The notes beneath the pieces are model-generated. The model was given only the letters and a program-made list of their open reading frames with translations, had not been told where the DNA came from and did not search any database. A program made the position numbers and the translations under genes. A DNA stretch of 20,000 nucleotides from Lophium mytilinum (taxonomy: Eukaryota): contig MU004189.1 of the NCBI GenBank assembly GCA_010093605.1, forward strand, positions 1,975,153-1,995,152. Direction: 5' to 3'. Below, one piece after another: positions 1-10,299 of this stretch. How positions within the stretch are numbered: the first letter of the stretch is position 1; every line of letters starts with the position of its first letter.

Positions 1-195
1 GCGGTGTATCTGACCGCGTACTCTGGAGGACCGGAGGACTTCATGAACACACCTTTAAACGATTTAGTGCAGCAGATTGCAGCTGGGAAGCTGAAAGTGC
101 AGCTAGGGACGGTTTTCAAGCTCGATGACATCGCAGCAGCTCACACACTGATGGAAGAAAACAAAGCTGGCGGAAAGGTCGTGGTTGTGAATTAG
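1..195 (+). CDS. 3' end of a zinc-binding/MDR-family (quinone oxidoreductase-like) dehydrogenase, truncated by the window start
   Basis: C-terminus ...LVQQIAAGKLKVQLGTVFKLDDIAAAHTLMEENKAGGKVVV matches the typical MDR ending (F.L.D...AH..ME.....GKVVV). Stop TAG at 193-195. Confidence 0.8.
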   Translation, partial: AVYLTAYSGGPEDFMNTPLNDLVQQIAAGKLKVQLGTVFKLDDIAAAHTLMEENKAGGKVVVVN

Positions 196-239
196 AGCGT
201 GTCTACGGTCATTCCAAACAATGCAAAGCACCCAATCTC

Positions 240-686
240 TCAAATATCCCATGCCGCGTTTTGCAACACCATCCTCCACCCGTCCGGATCCTCGAAGGTC
301 TTCCCTTGCACGTCCCAATACGGGTTGAAACTCGTCACCGCCCCAAACCCAGCCTTTTTCATTCGCGTAACCGCTTCTTTCCACTCAGTCTCGTCTGGAA
401 TATAGAATACTAGCAGATTATCCTGCGTGGGAGCTCGTCCTGCATCATGACCATCCTTTGTCGTGATTTCAAGATGGTATGGTGCCCCAGGATGCCCAAG
501 CATGACACCATCGAACCCGGCATGAGCAGTGAAGGATGATAAGATAGTGAAGCCGAGGCCTTCGGTATAGAATGGAAGGATTGCAGAAATATCGTTTGTC
601 GGACGAGCTATGCGGAGGTGGGATTTCGATATTGGTGGTGCGGGAGAGCTTATGGAGACTGACGATGGAGGCATTGGCGACGCCAT
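240..686 (-). CDS. VOC/glyoxalase-superfamily protein, YycE-like, intronless
   Basis: 148 aa with HLRIARPT..., FY..GLGF, H.GFDGVMLG, YHLE, DNLLVFY, NPYW...G.TFEDPDGWR.VL, recognised as the YycE-type VOC pattern. Confidence 0.8.
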   Translation of the reverse strand: MASPMPPSSVSISSPAPPISKSHLRIARPTNDISAILPFYTEGLGFTILSSFTAHAGFDGVMLGHPGAPYHLEITTKDGHDAGRAPTQDNLLVFYIPDETEWKEAVTRMKKAGFGAVTSFNPYWDVQGKTFEDPDGWRMVLQNAAWDI

Positions 687-948
687 GGTAGAACAGATTC
701 CAGAGATCTGGCTTTCGAGATGCGTTGCAATAGTTTTGTGATGGTTCCTGACAGCGGGACCGCTGTACCGCTCATATATACCATAGTTCGAGGTCTTACA
801 AATCCGAGGAATCTAGATTGTTGCCAATTGAATTCCTCTATACTCGGTCATGTGGCCCTTGAATGTGGAATCGTCGTTGCACTCTTCAAGTTACAGCTCA
901 GGTTCTTGGTATTACAGGAAGCTTTTTAGTTTTCTCGACCGTCCCGCC

Positions 949-2314
949 TCATCTTTTCATTGCCTCAAACTCCTTCTTCACCTCATCTAATAGCCCCTTT
1001 CGCGTCAACACATCTATCGCCGTAGCCGCTAACCCTTTTCCAACGTTCAAAGCGAGTTCAAATGCCTCTCGCGTTCCAGAAACTTCCGTAAACTCGGGGC
1101 TGTGCGGGCCACTCCCTATATTCCCTGGCCGGATCCAAAACCCAGGACTCAAGCTTGGCATGGCATAGCTGATGTTGCCTTGGTCAGAACTGGCCATCGA
1201 TCTATGCTCAATCTCATCTATATCAGCTGTTGGGATAGCTCCACCCAGTCGGTTGAAAAAGTGGCGATACGACCGTCCCAGCGCACGATTCGGGACATGG
1301 TCGTCATAAGACTGCTCGAAAGTAACCTTCAAAGTCGCACCTGTCGCCGCTGCTCCAGCTTCGAAGCACGAATCCACCTTCTTTTTCAGCACCGCCAAAC
1401 GATCGCGCGTGTTTGCGCGGACGATGAAGACACCGGCGGCGTACGCGTGGATGATGTTAGGTGCGAGACCACCATCCGTGATGTGCCCTTGGATGATGTC
1501 TCCTGGCATGGTTTGCTGACGGAGGACAGAAAGGCCGTTATACGCAGTAATGAGGGCGTCGAGAGCATTGATTCCTAGCCATGGACTGGCCGCCGCGTGG
1601 GCTTCAAGACCAAAGTATTCCACTTTGAAGCGGATGTACGCAGCTGTACGGACGAGAGCGCCATCTTCGACGATTCCAGGATGCGAAATCAAGTTGATAT
1701 CACATTTGTAGTCCTTGTATGCACCGGCTTCAAGAAGCTTGATCTTGCCGCCTCCACCTAGGTTCAATTGAGCGTCTGTCACGCGAATTTGGATGCTAAG
1801 AGTAGATTGTGGTACCTTCTTCCGCTGGAGTTCCAAAAAGAACTACTTTTCCGGGTATGTCACACTCTTTCATACACTCTGCGGTTGCTAGAGCTCCGGA
1901 TAATGAGGCCGTAGCGATGAGGTTGTGGCCACAAGCGTGGCCAATGCCCGGGAGAGCATCTGCGTCTTTTGTTAGCATGACGTCTTGTAAAATAGCGAAG
2001 CCCGTACCCATTTCAGCATTGAAAGAAATGACTGGTCCCTTCTTGCCACTGTCATACACTGCGACAAATGCAGTTTCGAGTCCATATGCCGACGGCGTGA
2101 CTTTCCATCCTTTCCTCGTCTTTAGAAATCCCGTAAGTGCGGCATGTGCAATCTTCTCTTCGTACCCAAGCTCCGGATTATCATGTATCTTCTTGTTGAT
2201 GGGCCAGAGAGTGTCCGCGATGCGGTCAATGTAGGAGCCGACGGAGTCGAGGTGATCTTGCTCGGCCGACGCCACATCATCCATCTCCACCACAACAAAC
2301 TCATCAATTCCCAT
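949..2314 (-). CDS. Peptidase M20 family amidohydrolase (M20D / ACY1L2-PM20D2-like); 3 exons: 2314-2008, 1959-1816, 1757-949
   Basis: Motifs IHDNPELGYEE, AEMDALP.IGHACGHN, GTPAEEGGGGK, SHPG, AHAA..PW.G.NALDA, ASSDQGN, GPHS. Introns 2007-1960 (GTACGG..GCTAAC..CAG, 48 nt, in frame and stop-free) and 1815-1758 (GTACCA..TAG, 58 nt) restore the conserved motifs. Confidence 0.92.
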
Positions 2315-2766
2315 CCTTAGTATCGTTCCTTCTTTTCGACAAGCTTTCTAGGTCAAAATTCATTCGCAATGGGATGCATAGATCCTGCATGTTTGAGCAG
2401 CGGTCGGCTCCGTCCATGGTGATTCGTATTACACCCCCGCATCATGAACCCGACCTTCGGATCGATGAAGCCGATCACCATCCCCAACTCGGGACTCTAC
2501 CGCCTTATCATCGCAACCAGATATTGCGAAAGTGGGATTCTGGCCGAAAGCACTCATTCTTCCCGATTTTCGCCTCGGCGTACAGCGTATGGGTCCTTGT
2601 CACGACGGCTTAAAGGCCGTTAGACAGGACCCGAAGATACATAAATGCACGTCCTGGGATCCCTTGCTGCCTTCCACGTGGAAACCCATCTTGCAAAGAG
2701 CTTGGAAACCTGGGGTCTCATAGCTGTGGGTATTAGCTGAACATCGTCTTACCATACCTCATTCCC
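2315..2766. promoter_or_regulatory. Divergent intergenic promoter with clustered inverted CGG pairs and one GATAAG site
   Basis: CGG-N6-CCG 2401-2412, CGG-N10-CCG 2458-2473, CGG-N7-CCG 2490-2502 and CTTATC 2504-2509, between head-to-head genes. Function is inferred. Confidence 0.4.
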
Positions 2767-4493
2767 ATGTCGATCATGGACGAAGTCAAGACCTCCCACG
2801 GAACTCAGGGCCAGAGCGGCGAGATTGAGAAAGAAATCGCAAAAGTGGACACCATCAACCTCGAGAAATCAACGCTTCACATCGACGATGAAGCAGGAGA
2901 CCTTGCAGCACAGGCTCTCGCCAGTGGGCCGTTGGACGAGGCTGCCTCGAAGAAAGTCCTGAGGAAAATTGATCTCTACATTCTCCCATTCCTCTGCATT
3001 ACGTACGCCCTCCAATTCATCGATAAGACTTCTCTGGGTTACTCCAGTGTCTATGGAATTTTCAAAGACACCAAACTCGTTGGCCAAGACTACTCATGGG
3101 CGAGCTCAATCTTCTATTTCGGATACCTCATCGCCGAGTATCCCGGTGTAGCTATTATCCAGAGGTTCCCAGTGGCCAAGTTCCTCGCCGTAAACATCAT
3201 CCTCTGGGGTGGTGTATTGATGACAACCGCCGCATGCCACTCTTTCGCTGGTCTCGCTACAGTTCGATTCTTCTTGGGTATTACAGAAGCTACCATCTCG
3301 CCGGGGTTCGTGGCCATCACTGGAATATGGTGGACGCGACAGGAGCAAGCCGGCCGTTCCGCTCTCTGGATTTCCTTCCTCGGCGTTGGATCTCTATTCG
3401 GAGGCCTGATCGCATTCGGAATCGGCCATATCAGCGGCAGTCTCTCGCCCTGGAAGTACATCTACCTCATCCTCGGCGCCGTAACTATTATCTGGGGCAC
3501 AATATTCTTCTTCGTTGTTCCAGGTATGCACTAATCCATCCATTCTATACGCGCGCAATTCCTAATAACATGCAGATAGCCCAACGCAAGTAAAATGGCT
3601 CTCACAGGAGGAAAGGGTTATCGCCGTGCAGCGTGTCATCGGGAACAAAACCGGCACGAAGTCTCGAACCTTCGTCAAAGCACAAGTCGTGGAGGCCGTC
3701 ACAGATCCTAAGATCATCGTGCTGGGCCTAATTTCGTTCGTGAATGCTCTTGCATCTGGCGGCCTTTCATTTGGATCCTTGATCATCGCCGGGTTTGGGT
3801 TCAGTCCCATTGAAACGACGCTGATGAACATGCCTCTTGGAGCCGTTCAGACAGTGGCCCAGCTGAGTGCCGGCTTCCTCTGCACGAAGATAAAGGGTTC
3901 ACGTTTGATCATCGCTTCAATCGCTATGGTACCACCAGTAAGCATCATGCTCCATGAGTAACCCTAGAGTCATTCTGACAACGGCAGATAATTGGTACTT
4001 GTCTCATCAACCAGCTTCATCCAACGCAAAAATGGGGTCGGCTCGTCGGCGTCTGGCTTCTAGGCTCCTACCCCGTCGGCTTCATGGTGATCCTTGGCCT
4101 TCTTAGCACTAACATTGCTGGCTCTACGAAGCGATCAGTAGCGTCGGGCTGGGTTTTCGTCTGCTATTGCGTAGGTCAGATCTCGGGACCGCAATTCTTC
4201 AAAGCCTCCCAAAAGCCAGCGTATCATAGTGGTATTGTGGCTATGCTCTGCGGTTTTGTATTGAACTTGGTGCTCAACCAAGTTCTACGTTACTTGTATG
4301 TTCGTGAGAATACCAAGAGGGATAAGATGATCGAAGGGAAAGGTGAGGAGGAGCTCGCGGAGTTGCAGATGGAGAGTAACATCAAAGGATTTGAGAACAC
4401 GACAGATACGCAGAATGTAAGTGGAATAGATGATCGCGCTATAAGTTCTTACACTAATCTTACTTTTAGATGATGTTCCGATACGTCTTGTAG
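2767..4493 (+). CDS. MFS transporter, allantoate permease (Dal5-like, ACS family); 4 exons: 2767-3523, 3576-3937, 3988-4416, 4470-4493
   Basis: Motifs KKVLRKIDL.ILP, QFIDK, YSWASSIFYFGYL.AEYP, RFFLG.TEA, WWTR.EQ..R, PDSP...WLS.EE, NIAGSTKR, GPQFF and terminal FRYVL*. GT-AG introns at 3524-3575, 3938-3987 and 4417-4469 each have a CTAAT/CTGAC branch site and keep the frame. Confidence 0.93.
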
Positions 4494-4803
4494 AGTCATA
4501 TGTTTGGGTACCTTGATGAATAACTAGGAAGCTTCTCCTCGATCGGGATTCTAAATCACATATATCTATATCAATATTATACGTTTATTTGGCTTTGGGG
4601 AGTGTTAGCGAGTTTCTTTTCGCCGTAATGAGACACTAGAGCGGATGTATGCATACTTGTCAAGTCGTGTCACCCTGTGCAGGGAGCCGTTCCCACAAAC
4701 ATGAAATACAGCAGTCTCCAACTTGGAGATCGGCAGCATCCATCATGCGATGGCGCCTCCCGAGAAGGACGTTTTGATTTCGCGGCGTTTGATAGTTAGG
4801 GCA

Positions 4804-5787
4804 CTAATTGGGCACGAACTGCCACATGTCCCAAGGGCTCCGCTCTTTGAGCCACTGCCAATCCATAACCGAGTGCACCTCGAAAGGCGCCTGATGCATC
4901 CAGTCATGAACCAAAACTCCGACCGGCAAATACAGCCTCGTCCTAGGGAAGTGCTCATTTTCCACCGCCATTTCCCGCAACAAATCAAGTCCTTTCTCTT
5001 CCCTCGCCGCACGAAGTCCCTGATAGCAATGGACCCTGATTTCCAGCTCACGTAAACCTGGTAACAACGGCAGCATATCCTGAATACTCTTCCAGCCATC
5101 CTTCGGCGCCCCCAACGAGGGCAACTTCAGATCAAGATGAAAAGCCCGCACGTCATCACGGCTCTGCGGGGTAAGCCCATCCACGAACCGCTCCAAGGTG
5201 TAAGGCGACCGGAAACTGAAAATGTTCGACGAGTAGAGGAATTCAATGGATTCGGCGTACACTTCTCGGCAAGTGCGCAGCAGCTGCGGCGACACCCGGT
5301 CGCCGCCCCAATCGTACTTCGCGGTGTCGCAGTTCCAGTCGCGCTGCCAGGAACTCATCCCGCGCTCCGGGTACGTGGCGGCGCCGGGGCAGGACGCGCA
5401 GATGCAGCGGGTATGGCGCACAATCTGATTCCCATGTCTGAGGACGATGTGGACGTTTGAACATCCAAGAACTAGTTCGTATATTTCTTGGCGGAGCTCG
5501 ATTGGGAGGCGGAAGAAGGGGGATTGGGGCTGGGGAGATGGCTCTTTGGATAATAGAGACGTTGAAGCGTGTGGTGGGATAGAGACTTGGTTCCTTCCAT
5601 CGGTTCTTGGTCTGTTTGGGGACTCATTGTTTTCACTACCAGAAAATAGCCGCCGGAGTGGATTGACGGTTTTGCGGGCCACCTTTCGGTAAGAGGATAT
5701 CTGGAGATCGACGGGAGCCATCCCGCCGATGCCTGGGTGCTGCCTTTCATAGTTCCGGCGGGCCTCAATTGAGTGATCGAGCCGCAT
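4804..5787 (-). CDS. Fungal protein of unknown function with F-box-like motif (DUF7730-like)
   Basis: 327-aa ORF containing QSPFFRLPIELRQEIYELVLG and LLRTCREVYAESIEFLYSSNIFSF, a motif pair common in this Pezizomycotina family. The start codon is uncertain. Confidence 0.7.
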   Translation of the reverse strand: MRLDHSIEARRNYERQHPGIGGMAPVDLQISSYRKVARKTVNPLRRLFSGSENNESPNRPRTDGRNQVSIPPHASTSLLSKEPSPQPQSPFFRLPIELRQEIYELVLGCSNVHIVLRHGNQIVRHTRCICASCPGAATYPERGMSSWQRDWNCDTAKYDWGGDRVSPQLLRTCREVYAESIEFLYSSNIFSFRSPYTLERFVDGLTPQSRDDVRAFHLDLKLPSLGAPKDGWKSIQDMLPLLPGLRELEIRVHCYQGLRAAREEKGLDLLREMAVENEHFPRTRLYLPVGVLVHDWMHQAPFEVHSVMDWQWLKERSPWDMWQFVPN

Positions 5788-6213
5788 TGCTCTTGAGGAA
5801 GGAAAATGATGGTTGAGTTGAAGATGGCAAAGGGCAGGTATAGTCCGTAGGGCGGAGAGCGTGCATAATATAAGGTACGAGCGAGGCGGAGTAGGGAGGC
5901 TCGCTGGAGCTCTAGCCTCAACCGTGACGCCTTGCTGCCTTACGTGAGCAAGGGTGGTCGGAGAATACGAATCAGCCCCGATTTTGTACGATTGAATTAT
6001 GTAAGCAAAGATCGAGTCACGGGCAGTTCTGATATGATCTCCAGGGTGCAGTTACTTATTAACATCAGGGTAATGGAGATTACGAGTATTGATTGTTTGC
6101 TATGTACAGCTTCTCTCGCGGGTACTCTTTGCACTAATTGTAAGAGAATTCAATCAGGGTCTGTAGCCTGCAAGGGCTTCATGAGACAGACACGCGACGC
6201 TACGGGGAAGTCC

Positions 6214-7526
6214 TCACGGCTTTGAAAATTGGTCGAAGAACTTCATGATAATCTCGCTCGCCTGGATATGAGTAGGACCCTCTCCAACAGAAATCTGTGA
6301 AAAGTTGATTTCGGTGGAAGCCCAGCAGTGACCTGAAAGCAGTGCATGTTAGCTACACATGCTTTCTGGAATGAGGGCTTGAGAACACGTACCCATGTCG
6401 TCGACTTTCCAGTGCTGCAAAGCCTCGAGGCCGTCGCACGTTAAGGTAATATGATGCACATCGCCGTGGAAGCTATCATCCTGTTTCTGGCTTGTGCATG
6501 CATTCCGTTTAGCCCACCAAGTCAACCTAGGTCTCATTAGCATTGCCAGCGCAGATTTGTTTGATGTGGCACAATCTGAGGAACGATCGAAGGGTGGTGT
6601 ATTTTTGAAGATACTCACCAATCAAGAATTGCTGGTTCATCTCCACCTTCACCTTCCCCGCCATCGTAGTGAACGCTTTTGTCGCTACCACCATGGATCT
6701 CCAGGAGGGGAAGCGGGCTTCTCGCGGGTTTGCATTCATCGTGGTGTTTATTGTTGTCAGTGTAGTAAGACCCTGACGCTGGAGCGAAAGCGGCAAATTC
6801 TCCTCCAATCTCGTTGCAGGCAATAGTATTAACAAAGCCACCGCCGTTGGACATACTTCATTCGGTTAGTCTAGGAGCAAAGGTAATGAAAGAACACCGT
6901 CGGTATAAACGTTGAATGGCCAAGACTTACCCAGTCGCATAAATTCGGTCGTTGTCAATGCAGTAGTCACCCCTGATTTCGTCAAGTAGGTCGGCTACAA
7001 ACTGCAAGTCTTCTACCACAGAGACCTTGGAGTAGTTGGCTCCAGCCCATGCGCCCTGGTCTCATTAACACGTGCTTGTCGAGTGTCATAGCATATGTGC
7101 AAAGCGTGACGTACCCCGATACCGTCTGGATAAACCATGATCTTCTAGAGCATCGTTGATGATTAGCAGTGTTCTTCCTCTCCTCAGGAAAGGAGCGGCA
7201 AAGCTTCTTACATCGCCACTGAACCGAGGCTCGCTCATCTTGGTATCTGCCTCAAAGAACAGGCCCACGCTATCAGATCCATGAAAGCCTATGACGAGAG
7301 GGTATGGTTTCGCTTTGTGGTAATCGACTGGTAGATGGATCGAGTACTTCCGATCGCGGCTACTGCTCTTCAAGTCGTGATATTGTGTGATGCCATTGAA
7401 GTAATGAGTTTTCCCGCATCCCTTCGTTCCCGATGCTGTTGCTACGCGCTGTGGGGTAGTTGCCGGCCATGCATGAGCAGCTGCGGCTATGCAGGTTACG
7501 GCGATGGCGGCAAGGCTGAGGCGCAT
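6214..7526 (-). CDS. Secreted carbohydrate esterase family 1 / feruloyl esterase C-like alpha/beta hydrolase; 6 exons: 7526-7212, 7144-7115, 7055-6931, 6855-6619, 6526-6393, 6332-6214
   Basis: Signal peptide MRLSLAAIAVTCIAAAAHA, then GCGK, R.Y..HLP..Y....PYPLV.GFHG, VYPDG, CID..RIYATGMSNGGGF (nucleophile Ser), EIHG.SD and GHCW (catalytic His). Five GT-AG introns (7211-7145, 7114-7056, 6930-6856, 6618-6527, 6392-6333) splice into one open frame ending FFDQFSKP*. Confidence 0.9.
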
Positions 7527-8108
7527 GATGATACGGGCTGATAGCACACTTTACAATGTTAAGGATGTCGTGTCAGGATGTTAGGAGGCATGAGGGTCAG
7601 TCTTGCACAGTAAAAGGAGAAACTCGCTCTTCACCTCCAAGAGCACTCGAGGCAGGCACGGCCTTGGGAGACTCTCATCCTCCCGTGCCTCTATGCTTGA
7701 GAGGGAGTGGCAAATCCTCGCCTAAAGAGGCATGTCGGGAGCAGTAAATTGATTCGGTGGTTGCACTTGAAAGGGGCGACAGATCCGAAACGCCATTGGC
7801 GGCCATTTAATGAGGTCTGCGTCGTCCACCGCCATGTGTGGTTTGACTGGCCTGCATTATAGTGCGTAGACGCGGCCTAGGCCTCTGTAAACATGTTATT
7901 TCTGCGTGTTCAATGCAAGACGGAGGAGTTTTGGAGACAGAATGCGAGGAGGACACATGGATGCTAAGCGCCCTAATTATGTAACATTTCCCAGCACCAC
8001 TCGGGACTGATTTATCGGGTGCGAAATAGCGTAGAATCCTTAGCACATTTTTCTTAGCGTTCCTTACTAAACTTTATATAAGGATTATAGGGAGCACTAT
8101 CTATTTAA

Positions 8109-9656
8109 ATGTTAGCCTTTTAATATCCCCCTAATAATAATAAGTAAGGTTTCTTACCTATACTATATAGTTACTTACTAATATTTTCTTAGTATTTTAG
8201 TACCCCTACTAACTACCTATACTAATAGAAGATATATTTTCTTTATATCTAGTAACGCGCCTACTAATACCCCCCCTATTTAAATAAGCCTAAGAACTAC
8301 TACTATAGTAAGTATAGTAACGGGTAGTAGAAAGTCTACTACTCTAAAGGTAGCGTATAAGCCTTTAAAGCTAAAGGCTACTATACTAAAGAAAATACTA
8401 CCTCTAGTATATATATAGATACCTTTTATAAAGGCTAGAGTATTAGTATAGTAGAATAAGTTACTAGATATACTAAGTAGCTCTTTAAGAGTTAAGAGGG
8501 GGCCTATAAAGATAGCTATAAGTAGTAAGAAAAGCTCTAAAAAGGTAGCTATAAGTAGTAAAAAGAGCCCTAAAAAGGGCTCTAAGAAGGTAGATCTAAT
8601 AGCTATTAGTTCTAGTAGTATTAAGAGTACTACTAGTACTAGTAGTACTATCTAGTACTATATTAAAAAGAAGAAAGAGAAGAAAAAAAAGATTAATAAC
8701 TTTTTAGTTACTCTATTCTATATTCTCTATATTAATAGAAAGAAGGTTAGTAATAAATAACTAGAGAACTCTATATACTTTACTCTTAATATAAAGAATC
8801 TAAAGTTTAAGCTAAATATAATAGTATTAATAGCGCAGGTTAATAGTAACTATAAGAAGAAGTATAAGATTATCTAGTATACTACTATTATTTATATAAT
8901 AAAGGGGACTAGAGGCTTTCTTAGCTATAATATAGCTAACTTTTTACTCTTAGAGTTCTAGCGGGTATTCTATATACTTAATTTAAAGTAGAAAGACTAT
9001 CTAAAGGCTACTATTTCTACTATATTTAAGTATAAGTTAATTTATAAGCCCCTGCCACCACTATTAAAGAAGAGAAAGAAAGTAGAGGTACTATTATTCT
9101 TACTAGCTAGTACGCTATCTATAGATAGGTTCTATACTAGGTATTATAGTAATTATAGCGGAAAGCTATTAAAGTAGTAGGTAGTCTATTTAGAGTTACT
9201 TTTAGTATCTAGCTACTAGTAAGTTAGTATAATATTAGTATATAAGTATACTAATAATACCTATACTAATATAGGTAACCTATACTTTATTAATAATAAT
9301 AAGTAGTACTATATAATACTCTTTAAATACTATAAGTTATAGATAGATATAATTACTTAGAGGAATACTATAATCTCTTAGCTATCTAATAAGATATATA
9401 AGAACCTTATAAGAGAGGGTCTAGTTAAAAGTAACTACTAGCGCACTATAAAGTTAACTTAGGTATAAAAGTCTAAAAATAAGATAGCTAGAATATTTAA
9501 TATAATAGAGCACTTAATAAAGCTCTAGATATAGTAGAAAGATATAGAGATAGTAGATTAGATAGTATTATAAAGCGCTTCTTCTTAAAGCGCTTTTTCT
9601 TCTTCTTCTTTTTTTTTTATTTAGCCTTAGTATAGCCTTTCTCTATAGGCTCTATA
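8109..9656 (+). pseudogene. 5' part of a RIP-inactivated gene of unknown function, interrupted by the Gypsy element
   Basis: ATG 8109; intron-like 8144-8192 (GTAAGG..ACTAAT..TAG); one coherent frame to 9656 with a low-complexity N-terminus and a putative C-x4-C-x6-C-x7-H motif at 9247-9309 (TAT/TAC codons read as RIP'd TGT/TGC/CAC). Stops are TAG/TAA, consistent with RIP of CAG/CAA/TGG. Confidence 0.55.
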
Positions 9657-9878
9657 TATTATAGCATAAACCTAGAATTATAGTAATTATATACTAAGAT
9701 TACATGTAGCCCCTTATATAACCTAAGTAAGACGCTAGCCCGAGGCGCTAGGCCGCGGCCTATACGCTGGCGTTAAACTATAACCTCTTAAGAGCTCCTA
9801 GCTCTCTCTCTTCTTCTTAGCTTAGATTTTTATAATAGTTAATATACCTTATTACTTATATTATATTAGCCCCCTATA
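9657..9878 (+). repeat. 5' LTR (222 bp)
   Basis: Direct repeat of 17169-17390 with 10 mismatches by manual alignment, all transitions, no indels. Termini TA..TA are the RIP product of TG..CA. Confidence 0.96.
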
Positions 9879-9879
9879 T

Positions 9880-9889
9880 AATCTAAGCT
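9880..9889 (+). promoter_or_regulatory. Self-priming-type primer binding site
   Basis: AATCTAAGCT, 1 nt after the 5' LTR, is the exact reverse complement of AGCTTAGATT at 9819-9828 inside the LTR. Confidence 0.75.
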
Positions 9890-10299
9890 TACTCTTCTAT
9901 ACTTAGAATCTTATTAATTTTTTCTAGAACTCTATTATAAGATCTAGGCGTTTTTACTAAAATAACTTAAATACTAGCCAGCCTAGCTGTATAGCTACGC
10001 GCGGCACCTAAATCTAACCTAGTAGATAATCTAGCACCGCCTCCTTTAAATAAGCTAGTTAATCTAATAGCTAGGCTTTAAGATAATTTAAAGACTCTAG
10101 GCGCTATAAGTAGCGCTAACCTAAATACTTTAGAATATACTTCTATAACTCTATTAACCGCTAGCAATAAGAAAGCGCGCTGCACTACTTAACTTGCGCG
10201 CTTTTAAGGTATAGTAAAAGGCTCCTCTATTCTAGCTATTATTTCTAGCTTCTAGTATAGAACTAGAGGACTAATTTTAAATATCTAAGAAGAAACCTA

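Noticed and set aside
1960..2007. 16-aa insertion in the M20 protein as shown in the ORF track
   Set aside because: It is a 48-nt in-frame intron with GT, GCTAAC and CAG signals; removing it restores AEMDALP.
103..6841. Overlapping short ORFs in the track (e.g. 1102-1578, 1809-2234, 3096-3593, 4723-5055, 5137-5460, 6494-6826)
   Set aside because: Antisense or alternate-frame shadows of the identified genes, with no recognisable motifs.
7556..8046. ORFs 7556-7747 and 7807-8046 as small effectors
   Set aside because: No signal peptide or motif; they lie in the esterase upstream region.
7970..8050. Starship boundary or defined TIR at the GC/AT junction
   Set aside because: No tyrosine recombinase relic, partner terminus or TSD is visible in the window.
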